This document shows, piece by piece, positions 10,164 through 18,144 of a DNA stretch of 64,000 bases; positions within the stretch are counted from its first letter, which is position 1, and the number at the start of each line of letters is the position of its first letter. Under the pieces are notes generated by a model that saw only the letters and a list, made by a program, of their open reading frames with translations, ran no database searches and was not told the DNA's origin. The DNA lies in NCBI GenBank assembly GCA_035293545.1, contig DATGMQ010000048.1:10831-74830 (forward strand), given 5' to 3'. Source of the stretch: Alloacidobacterium sp. (GTDB lineage: Bacteria; Acidobacteriota; Terriglobia; Terriglobales; Acidobacteriaceae). The position numbers were made by a program, and so were the translations under genes.

Positions 10164-10877
10164 ATGGAACTCAAAGGCCAACTCGCAGTCGTTACCGGAG
10201 CAGGCCGCGGTATTGGCGCTGCTATCAGCCGCCGTCTGGCAGGCATGGGAGCTACCGTTGTCCTGGCCGCCCGCGATATGGCGCAACTGCACGCAGTCCG
10301 GCAGGAAATCGAATCGACCGGCGGCACGGCAGAAGCCCGGCAACTTGACCTGATGAATGAACAATCCGTCGCAAAGCTGGCAGCAGACATCGAGAATCGC
10401 CATCGCCGGTGCGACATCCTGGTGAACAATGCCGCCATCGGCAACAGCGGCAAGCCGCTGCACGAAATGCCTCCCGCTGATTGGGACAGCCTGATGGCCA
10501 CTAATCTCCGCGGCCCTTATCTGATGATTCGCGCCTTCGCTCCGCTTATGGTTCGCGCCGGCTCAGGACATATCATTAATATCTCTTCGCTAGCCGGACA
10601 TAACCCGCTACCCGGCGGCGCCGCATATTCCGCATCGAAATGGGGCCTGAATGGTCTGACTTACTCCGTTGCCGAGGAGCTGCGCCCCCATAATATTCGC
10701 GTCTCCGTAGTGGCGCCGGGATCGGTCAACACGCATTTCGGCGGAGGAGGAAGCGGGAAAAACCCGGACAAAAAGATCCAGCCCGACGATGTAGCGCATG
10801 TTGTAGCCATGCTGGTGACGCAGGCGCCGCAGTCCTTCGTCAGCGAAGTGCTGCTCCGCCCCACGCAGAAGCCATAA
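10164..10877 (+). CDS. Short-chain dehydrogenase/reductase (SDR)
   Basis: TGAGRGIG, NNAA, NISS and YSASK motifs; ATG 10164. Confidence 0.95.
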   Translation: MELKGQLAVVTGAGRGIGAAISRRLAGMGATVVLAARDMAQLHAVRQEIESTGGTAEARQLDLMNEQSVAKLAADIENRHRRCDILVNNAAIGNSGKPLHEMPPADWDSLMATNLRGPYLMIRAFAPLMVRAGSGHIINISSLAGHNPLPGGAAYSASKWGLNGLTYSVAEELRPHNIRVSVVAPGSVNTHFGGGGSGKNPDKKIQPDDVAHVVAMLVTQAPQSFVSEVLLRPTQKP

Positions 10878-10888
10878 CATGTTTTTGA

Positions 10889-11995
10889 TCAGGCGGCCCT
10901 TCTCTGGTTTGGGATGTACTCCTCTTCGCCGGCAATTTCCTCCTGCGCTGTCAGACGCGAGGCAATCACTTCTTCCGCCAGAATGGTGCTCACGCATGCC
11001 GTATACGCAATCAGCTCGCCGAATATGCGCGTCTCCACAATGATGCCCCACACATACATAAGTCCCGCCCACGCCGGCAGCATCCACATCCACGCCCGTA
11101 ATTGAGGGTCGTGAATGCGCCTGCGATACAGCAGGAGAAAGATGGGCAGATAGCCCAGCGCGCTGAATATCTGCGGATAATTCCTCAGACTACCCAGAGT
11201 ATGCATGTTCACCGAAAGGCGCGAATAATACTCCGATGCATTGTTGCGGAACATATGGAAGATCATCAAATGCCAGACGACCCAATAGGCGAAAAGCGGC
11301 AGCACTACCGCGAGCACCTGCGACGAAAAAACGCGTCTCCACCGCAAGCTTCCTGCGTCATCAGCAATCTGCGAAATTACATAAAACGGCAACAGCAGCA
11401 GGCTGGTCTCTCGATTGAGTGTGGCCACCACAAATAAGGCGCAGAACCATATCACCGGCTTACGAAAATAAATCAGATAAAGGCCGACAGAAAACAGCGC
11501 AAGATTAGGCAAGTCGTAGACAAAGCGAAAATTCTGGACCGTGTGCAGTACGTATGTCACGGCGCAGAGACACAAAAAAATCGGATACACGAACTCTTTG
11601 GCCAGATTTCTTCCGCTTGCGGCCGAGTACAGACGCACCGCCACCCATCCTGCAACCAGTACGCTGGCAATATTCAGAAAGAAAAGTGCGACATCCTGCG
11701 GAGCTATCCCATCCGGAAAAAATGCGCTATGAGATATGCGCCCCGCATAACGAACCAATCGTTCATTGTTGTCTGCCCAGCGCAGAAACGGAGCCAACAG
11801 CAGCCTGGTCTGGAACGGCAAACGCTCATATCCATGTTCGTATCGGTTGTAATCGAGGTAGTTCTGCGTAAGAAAGTAATAGACGCCCGCAAACTGTACC
11901 GTCGCGAGAACATATGCCGCCCGAATGAGCCATCGGACAGGAGAAACACGCAGAAAATGAAGGGGCCTTTGTCTTACAGACAGCGACAACAGCAT
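10889..11995 (-). CDS. Hypothetical polytopic membrane protein (possibly GT-C-like)
   Basis: About 9 hydrophobic segments; function not recognised. Confidence 0.65.
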   Translation of the reverse strand: MLLSLSVRQRPLHFLRVSPVRWLIRAAYVLATVQFAGVYYFLTQNYLDYNRYEHGYERLPFQTRLLLAPFLRWADNNERLVRYAGRISHSAFFPDGIAPQDVALFFLNIASVLVAGWVAVRLYSAASGRNLAKEFVYPIFLCLCAVTYVLHTVQNFRFVYDLPNLALFSVGLYLIYFRKPVIWFCALFVVATLNRETSLLLLPFYVISQIADDAGSLRWRRVFSSQVLAVVLPLFAYWVVWHLMIFHMFRNNASEYYSRLSVNMHTLGSLRNYPQIFSALGYLPIFLLLYRRRIHDPQLRAWMWMLPAWAGLMYVWGIIVETRIFGELIAYTACVSTILAEEVIASRLTAQEEIAGEEEYIPNQRRAA

Positions 11996-12071
11996 TGAAC
12001 TGTTAGACGACTGAAAGCCGCTTTTCGGTTAGTTTCGGCTCTGTGAAAAATCGCCCCTTCGGATCATGGCG

Positions 12072-14714
12072 TCATTCTGCGCGTAGCGCCTCAACAGGAT
12101 TCACAGAAGCGGCGCGTCTTGCGGGAAGATAACTTGCAAGCAGCGCGCATCCCCCAAGCACAACGGCAACTGCGATCAGTGTTGGCACATCCCACATGCC
12201 CACGCCGAACAACAGCTTGCGCATCAGCGTAGTCGCGGCCATCGAGACAACAAGACCGGCAACAATTCCAATGATCGTAAGCCGGCCCGCTTCCCGAAGA
12301 ATGAGCCGATACACAGAGCCGCGCTGCGCGCCCAGCGCCATGCGCACGCCAATCTCGCGCGTCCGCTGGCTCACCGAATAAGCAATGACTCCATACAGCC
12401 CAACAACACCAAGCAACAGCGCCAGTCCGGCGAATCCACCTACCAGCCAGGCAGCCGAGCGGTGCAGATAGGCGGATGGCGAGTCGTGAATACGTTCCGC
12501 CATTGTCGATGCGCCATAGGTTGCGATCGATGGATCGATCTGGTGGACGATGGAGGTTAGCGCGGGAAGAATTGCATCCTCACTCTGTGATGTGCGAACA
12601 ACAATCGAGAAGAAGTTGTCCGGCCCCTGGTTGTAAGGAACATACATCGCTCCACGTGGAGCAGCGTCCAACTGTCCTTCCTGCAGATCCTTCACGATGC
12701 CAACGATCTGCAGGTACTCCTTCGGCTTATTGATGTCGAAAGCAATCTGTTTGCCGATAGGATTCTCGCCGGGAAAATACTGCTTCGCCATCGTCTCGCT
12801 GATAATCACCACTTCCGGCTTCGATTTATCCTCGTCCTCCGCAAAATAACGCCCACGCAACAATTGGGATTGCAGCGTCGTAAAGTAGCCGGAGCTTACT
12901 TTGCGAATGGCAACCTCCATATGCTCGCCGTGATATGGGCGGCCAACCACCCGGAAACCCGCTGTGCCGTCGCCATCACCGATAGGCAGCGTCGTGGAAA
13001 GCCCCACTGACTTCACGCCGGGCAACGCAGAAATCCGGCTGACGATCTGCCGCTCCAACGAAATTTTCTGCTCGTCTGTCTTATAGCTGTCAGTCGTGGC
13101 GCCAATCGTCAACATCGCCAGATGGTCCGGCTGCAATCCTATGTCCACATGCAGCAATCGGTAAAAGCTCTTGCCGAGCAGGCCCGCCCCCACCAGCAGC
13201 ACCATCGCTGTGGTCAGCTCAATCACCACCAGGTTTGAGCCAAAGCGCCGCCACATCGTGCCCGCATGGCTTCGTCCGCCGTCAGCCAGCCCTTCGCGCA
13301 TATCAGACCACGACAGCCGCAGCGCAGGAGTCAGCGAGAAAAGAAGACCGGCCATCAGCGAAATACCACATGCGAACACGAACACGCGGAAGTTCAATCC
13401 GATCCCATGCAGATACGGCATGCTCGCCATCATGTCTTTCGGAATGGCGTGCGCGAAAAACTGCATACCGGCGTATGCCGCGGCAATCCCAAGAGCGCTT
13501 CCCGTTGCGACCAGCACCAGCCCCTCGGTCACAAACTGCCGCATCAGCCGCGCTCGCGAAGCACCCAGCGCTCCGCGCACAGCAATCTCACGCCTCCGGC
13601 TTTCAGAACGAACCAGCAGCAGACTGGCGACATTTACCGTCGCAATCAGCAGCAACAGTCCGGCCCCGCACAACAGCACCAACAGCACTGGCCGGATATC
13701 GCCGACGATCACCTCAGTCATGGGCAACATATATGCTTTCTGATCGCGGTTCGAATCCGGATACTGCCGCGCAAGCTGGTCGGCAATTTGTTTGATATCT
13801 GCGAATGCCGCCTGAAAAGAAATACCATCCTTCAGCCGTGCCACTCCATAAAGCCCATGGCAGCCTCGGCAATCACTTATTTCACTCTGCGTAGTGGTCC
13901 AGAAATCAGCCGGCTCAGCGGGAGCAAAGTGAAAACTCGACGGCAGCACTCCGATAATCGTATTCGGATGGCCATCGAGGACCACCGTTTGACCCAACAC
14001 ATCTTTTCGTCCACCAAAGAGCCTCTGCCATGCGGAATAGCTTAATAAAACAGTGCGAGGCGCATTTTTCCGGTCTTCTCCGGAGCGGAAGTCACGCCCC
14101 AGCACCGGCGCAACGCCCAGGGTGCGAAAGAAGCCATCGCTTACGCGCGCGCCAGCCGCCTGATGGGTTCCGTCCCGGTCCGTCAGCATGAACCCATAAG
14201 GCGCATACACATCCAGCGATTGAAACACCTTGTTCTCCCGCTTCCAGTCCAGATAGTCCGGATACGAAAGATGGAACCGCAGACCCAGCGGAATACTCTC
14301 AAACAGCACTACCAGCCGGTTCGGATCCTTATACGGGAGCGGCTTGATCAAAGCCGCGTCTACAAAGCCGAGGATGGCGACACTCGCGCCGATTCCGAAA
14401 GTCAAAATGAGAATCGCGGTCAGAGCAAATCCCGGATTCTTCCTGAGCTGCCGCAGAGCAAAACGGAAATCCTGCAACATCCCCTCAAACCAGAACCCGA
14501 CCGTCTCACGGCTCTCATCTCTGAGCCGCGCATCATTTCCGAACTGGCGGTTCGCCGCATGGCTGGCCTCTTCAGCAGCCATGCCATGAGCCCGCAGCTC
14601 TTTCTCGGTCTCCTCGCGATGAAAAGCCATCTCTTCCTCCAGTTCCCGATTGAAACTTTCGCCGCGAATCAAAATCGCAAGCTTTCGTAAAAAACGAAGC
14701 ATGTGTTCTCCCAT
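12072..14714 (-). CDS. ADOP-family (acidobacterial duplicated orphan permease, MacB/FtsX-like) ABC permease
   Basis: ELEEEMAFH prefix, QDFRFALRQLRKNPGF, duplicated REIAVRGALGA/REIGVRMALGA, C-terminal PVEALRAE. Confidence 0.95.
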   Translation of the reverse strand: MGEHMLRFLRKLAILIRGESFNRELEEEMAFHREETEKELRAHGMAAEEASHAANRQFGNDARLRDESRETVGFWFEGMLQDFRFALRQLRKNPGFALTAILILTFGIGASVAILGFVDAALIKPLPYKDPNRLVVLFESIPLGLRFHLSYPDYLDWKRENKVFQSLDVYAPYGFMLTDRDGTHQAAGARVSDGFFRTLGVAPVLGRDFRSGEDRKNAPRTVLLSYSAWQRLFGGRKDVLGQTVVLDGHPNTIIGVLPSSFHFAPAEPADFWTTTQSEISDCRGCHGLYGVARLKDGISFQAAFADIKQIADQLARQYPDSNRDQKAYMLPMTEVIVGDIRPVLLVLLCGAGLLLLIATVNVASLLLVRSESRRREIAVRGALGASRARLMRQFVTEGLVLVATGSALGIAAAYAGMQFFAHAIPKDMMASMPYLHGIGLNFRVFVFACGISLMAGLLFSLTPALRLSWSDMREGLADGGRSHAGTMWRRFGSNLVVIELTTAMVLLVGAGLLGKSFYRLLHVDIGLQPDHLAMLTIGATTDSYKTDEQKISLERQIVSRISALPGVKSVGLSTTLPIGDGDGTAGFRVVGRPYHGEHMEVAIRKVSSGYFTTLQSQLLRGRYFAEDEDKSKPEVVIISETMAKQYFPGENPIGKQIAFDINKPKEYLQIVGIVKDLQEGQLDAAPRGAMYVPYNQGPDNFFSIVVRTSQSEDAILPALTSIVHQIDPSIATYGASTMAERIHDSPSAYLHRSAAWLVGGFAGLALLLGVVGLYGVIAYSVSQRTREIGVRMALGAQRGSVYRLILREAGRLTIIGIVAGLVVSMAATTLMRKLLFGVGMWDVPTLIAVAVVLGGCALLASYLPARRAASVNPVEALRAE

Positions 14715-14719
14715 TACTC

Positions 14720-14756
14720 GGGTGTCCCATTCAAACCTTCTTTTGGCTTGAGTGGG
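14720..14756 (+). repeat. GGGTG-tagged REP-like hairpin
   Basis: GGGTGT-CCCATTCAAACC-TTCTTTT-GGCTTGAGTGGG; same head and stem base as 38547. Confidence 0.6.
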
Positions 14757-14774
14757 CCAGTTCAGATCTCAGCA

Positions 14775-17423
14775 CTACTCACTCCGCAACGCTTCCACCG
14801 GATTCACCGAAGCCGCAATCAAAGCAGGCCGCAGCGTCGCCGACAGCACTGGAATGAGCAACAGCAGAATCGCGCCCAGATAAATCAGAGGATCGTCCGG
14901 ACTTACTCCGTAAAGCTGGTTTCGCAGCAAACGTGTTAATAAAAGCGCGCAGCCGCTCCCAATAACCAGACCAATCCCTGCAGGAACCAAAGCGCGTCGC
15001 ATGAAGTGACGCGAAATCTGTCCTCTCGTGGCGCCAAGAGCCATGCGCACGCCAATTTCCTGCGTCCGCTGCGCCACGGCATACGCGACCACGCCATAGA
15101 TGCCTACACAGGCAAGCAGCAGCGCGATCACAGAAAATGCTGTCACGACCCCCATATTCAGGCGCGGCTGCGCGACTGCTGTATCGAGCAAGTCATTCAT
15201 GGTGCTGACTGGGCCAATTCCCTGCTCCGGATCGATCTGATGCACCTGCTCCTGAATGGCTTTGATCAGCTGTTCCGGAGGCACACGCGGTGAACGGACA
15301 ACAAAATAACGATGCACAACCCCGTCGTCATCGGCATCTGCGAGCCAGTACACCTCAGGCCCAACTCCGCCCGCAATCGATCCGCCAGTGCCGCGAACAT
15401 TGCCGATCACGCCGATAATCTCAAATGCTTTTCCACCTGCGAACAGGTGTCTTCCAATCGGACTACCGCCCGGCAGGTATTGCTGCGCCAGTTGCTGATT
15501 GATCAGAATCCTCTTCGGTCTGGCATTTACATCTGCTGGGGTAAAGACCCGTCCGGCCAGCAGCGGTGTGCCCATCGCTCGCAAATAATCTCCGGAAATA
15601 CGGCGGTCCTCAGCGTTGATCGGTGGTTGGTTCGGGATGCGCGGCAGCCAGTCGGCGTCGAAATTGCTGCGCAGATGCCAGTCTACGGTTGGCGGCGCGT
15701 CGGTCTGTCCCGCTGCGATCACTCCCGGCAGCGATTCGATCCTCTGCTGCAGGCTTCCGAAGAAATTCAGGGTCCATGCCGGTTTGCTGCCCCAGGGCAG
15801 GTTTACCGAGAAAGTCAGAACGTGGTCCGGCTCAAACCCAAGCGGCGACTTCATTAGCTTCCAAAGCGATTCCGCCAGCAACGACGCGCCGATCAACAGC
15901 ATGAGTGAAAGGCCCACCTGAACGGCAATAAACGCGCTGCGCACTCTGTTGCCAGTCAAACCGGCCAGACGCAATTCGCCGTGTTTCAGGGTGGTGTTCA
16001 GCTCGCGATGCCGGTTCTGAAATACCGGAGCAAATCCGAAGATGATTCCCGCTCCAACCGAGATCGCAAAGGCAAACCAGGCGACAGGCCAGCTCATCGT
16101 AATGGTTCCCGGCATGCCCAGCCTTCCGGGCAGCCTTGCCGCAAAAGCATGCACCAGCGCATACGTGCCTGCCAGTCCGGCGAAGCCTCCGGCAAGGGCC
16201 AGCAGCGAGCTTTCCACCAGAAACTGCAGCCGAATGCGCCCCTCCGATGCCCCAAGGGCGCGGCGCAGGGCAACCTCACGCTCGCGCGAAGTCGCGCGCG
16301 ACAAGAGCAGGTTGGCCACATTGATGCATGCAATCAGCAGCAGGAACCCGGAAGCAATCAGCAAGACAATCAGTGCTGGCCGCAGCTCGCCATAAGTGCT
16401 GTCACGCAAAGTCTGAATGCCGAATTGCCATATCCCATCGGAGTCAGCATGTTCACGCTCCAGCTGGCCTCCTATGCGGCTCAGGTCATCCTGGGCTGCC
16501 GCCAATGAAACGCCGGGTTTCAGGCGCGCAAAGACGTTGATAAAGCGCGTTTCCTCTCCGCGATATTTACCCCACTGCGCGGGATCGTAATGCGCGGTCT
16601 TCCAGAAATCGACTCCGCTCGGAACATGGAAAGCCGGCGGCATGACGCCAACAACCGTCGCCGCCTCTCCCCCAAGCGTTACCTGCTTGCCGATTGCCCC
16701 AGGATCGCCGTTGAAGTACCGCTGCCAGGCGGAATAGCTCAGCACAATGGAATCGGGAAGATGAGGTTTATCATCCTGCTCATTGTAGGTGCGCCCCAGC
16801 AGCGGCTGTACGCCAAACACGCTCCAGAATCCAGCATTTGTCCCCGCAGTTTTCAATGCCACCGGCAGATTCGTTCCGGCAACCAGCGTTTCATTGTCGA
16901 AGTAGAAAAACCCGAGGCTTTCAAATGACTTTGCGCGTGCCCGAACGTCGAAGAAACGCGGTACGCCGACCAGCGGCCCTGTCGACTGCCCCTGCACTCG
17001 CACATCTTTGACTCTGATGATGCGGTTGGCGTCGGGGAAAGGCAGGCTGCGCAGCAGGGTGGAATAGACCAGTGTGAAAATCGTGGTGGTAGCCCCGATG
17101 CCGAGCGTGAGCGTCAGAACGACAGCCAACGCAAAACCAGGCGCTTTCAAGAATTGGCGCGTTGCGTAACGGCAATCCGCAAAGAAGCGTTCAAACCAGA
17201 AGGCCACTGTGTCATGGCTTTGTTCCCTGAGCCGCAGATCATTGCCAAACTGCCGCCGCGCCGCATGACGCGCTTCCTCAGCGGGCATTCCCTCAGCCCG
17301 TAACTCCCGTTCAGACTGTTCACGATGAAACTCCATTTCTTCTTCGAGATCGCTGTGGAATTTCTCGCGATGAATCAGCAAATGGAGCTTTCTCATGAAG
17401 TGAAGCAACCATTTCATAGCCAT
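14775..17423 (-). CDS. ADOP-family ABC permease (second paralog)
   Basis: Same architecture as the neighbour; GGGAG RBS before ATG 17423; ends PVEALRSE. Confidence 0.95.
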   Translation of the reverse strand: MAMKWLLHFMRKLHLLIHREKFHSDLEEEMEFHREQSERELRAEGMPAEEARHAARRQFGNDLRLREQSHDTVAFWFERFFADCRYATRQFLKAPGFALAVVLTLTLGIGATTTIFTLVYSTLLRSLPFPDANRIIRVKDVRVQGQSTGPLVGVPRFFDVRARAKSFESLGFFYFDNETLVAGTNLPVALKTAGTNAGFWSVFGVQPLLGRTYNEQDDKPHLPDSIVLSYSAWQRYFNGDPGAIGKQVTLGGEAATVVGVMPPAFHVPSGVDFWKTAHYDPAQWGKYRGEETRFINVFARLKPGVSLAAAQDDLSRIGGQLEREHADSDGIWQFGIQTLRDSTYGELRPALIVLLIASGFLLLIACINVANLLLSRATSREREVALRRALGASEGRIRLQFLVESSLLALAGGFAGLAGTYALVHAFAARLPGRLGMPGTITMSWPVAWFAFAISVGAGIIFGFAPVFQNRHRELNTTLKHGELRLAGLTGNRVRSAFIAVQVGLSLMLLIGASLLAESLWKLMKSPLGFEPDHVLTFSVNLPWGSKPAWTLNFFGSLQQRIESLPGVIAAGQTDAPPTVDWHLRSNFDADWLPRIPNQPPINAEDRRISGDYLRAMGTPLLAGRVFTPADVNARPKRILINQQLAQQYLPGGSPIGRHLFAGGKAFEIIGVIGNVRGTGGSIAGGVGPEVYWLADADDDGVVHRYFVVRSPRVPPEQLIKAIQEQVHQIDPEQGIGPVSTMNDLLDTAVAQPRLNMGVVTAFSVIALLLACVGIYGVVAYAVAQRTQEIGVRMALGATRGQISRHFMRRALVPAGIGLVIGSGCALLLTRLLRNQLYGVSPDDPLIYLGAILLLLIPVLSATLRPALIAASVNPVEALRSE

Positions 17424-17450
17424 CTTTACTCCCTGCACCGTGCACCCTGT

Positions 17451-17780
17451 TTATGCGCTCTGCATCACTCTCCCGATGGCAGAAATCATCAACTCGAACT
17501 GCGAAACCTCTTCCCCAAGCTGCTTCCGTCCCGCCGGAGTCAGCGTGTAATAGCGCGCCCGGCGATTCGTCTCTGTCTTCTTCCATTCGGCTTTCACCCA
17601 TCCCTGCAACAAAAGCCGCTGCAACGCCGGATAGAGCGAGCCTTCCTCCACCGTCAATACATCGTCAGAAAGCCGTTTGATCGACTGCGCTATGCCGTAG
17701 CCGTGCAGCGGCGCGCGCGTCAAAGTTTTCAGAATCAGCATGTCGAGGGTTCCAGGAAGGAGTTCAGGTCGTTTAGCCAT
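17451..17780 (-). CDS. PadR-family transcriptional regulator (acidobacterial type)
   Basis: GTLDMLILKTL, HGYGIA, EEGSLYPALQRL, RRARYYTLT; first gene before the ADOP permeases. Confidence 0.95.
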   Translation of the reverse strand: MAKRPELLPGTLDMLILKTLTRAPLHGYGIAQSIKRLSDDVLTVEEGSLYPALQRLLLQGWVKAEWKKTETNRRARYYTLTPAGRKQLGEEVSQFELMISAIGRVMQSA

Positions 17781-17790
17781 GCCCTTATAT

Positions 17791-17803
17791 ATAGATTATC
17801 TAT
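17791..17803. promoter_or_regulatory. Palindrome, probable PadR autoregulatory operator
   Basis: ATAGAT-T-ATCTAT, 10 bp upstream of the padR ATG; TTGACT -35-like hexamer nearby on the minus strand. Confidence 0.55.
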
Positions 17804-18027
17804 GGATAGAAAGTCAATGGCGATAACTCTTCTTTCCTGCACCAAAATGTGCACCTTATTCATGGGAAATTGGCTTGTTTTTGGTTCTAAATGGCGCTAA
17901 TTTTGAGCTATCTGGCAGTATTCTCCGCGGCAATCCAACAACAGCTCACGTCTTATGAGCAGGCAGAAAGCCTCTGAACCTGCGACAATATCTGTGATTG
18001 CGTTCCATTTGTGGGATTTGGGACGGC

Positions 18028-18036
18028 TTATCCACA
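18028..18036 (+). promoter_or_regulatory. Consensus DnaA box upstream of smc
   Basis: Exact TTATCCACA. Confidence 0.55.
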
Positions 18037-18144
18037 AGATGTTGGGGTGCTGCTGTTGATTCCACCTTGCCGCAAGGCTACAGTTTCAAGTGACGCAGCC
18101 TGTTCGCGCACCCTCTCCGAGGCCTTTAAAGGAGTTAGATCCGC

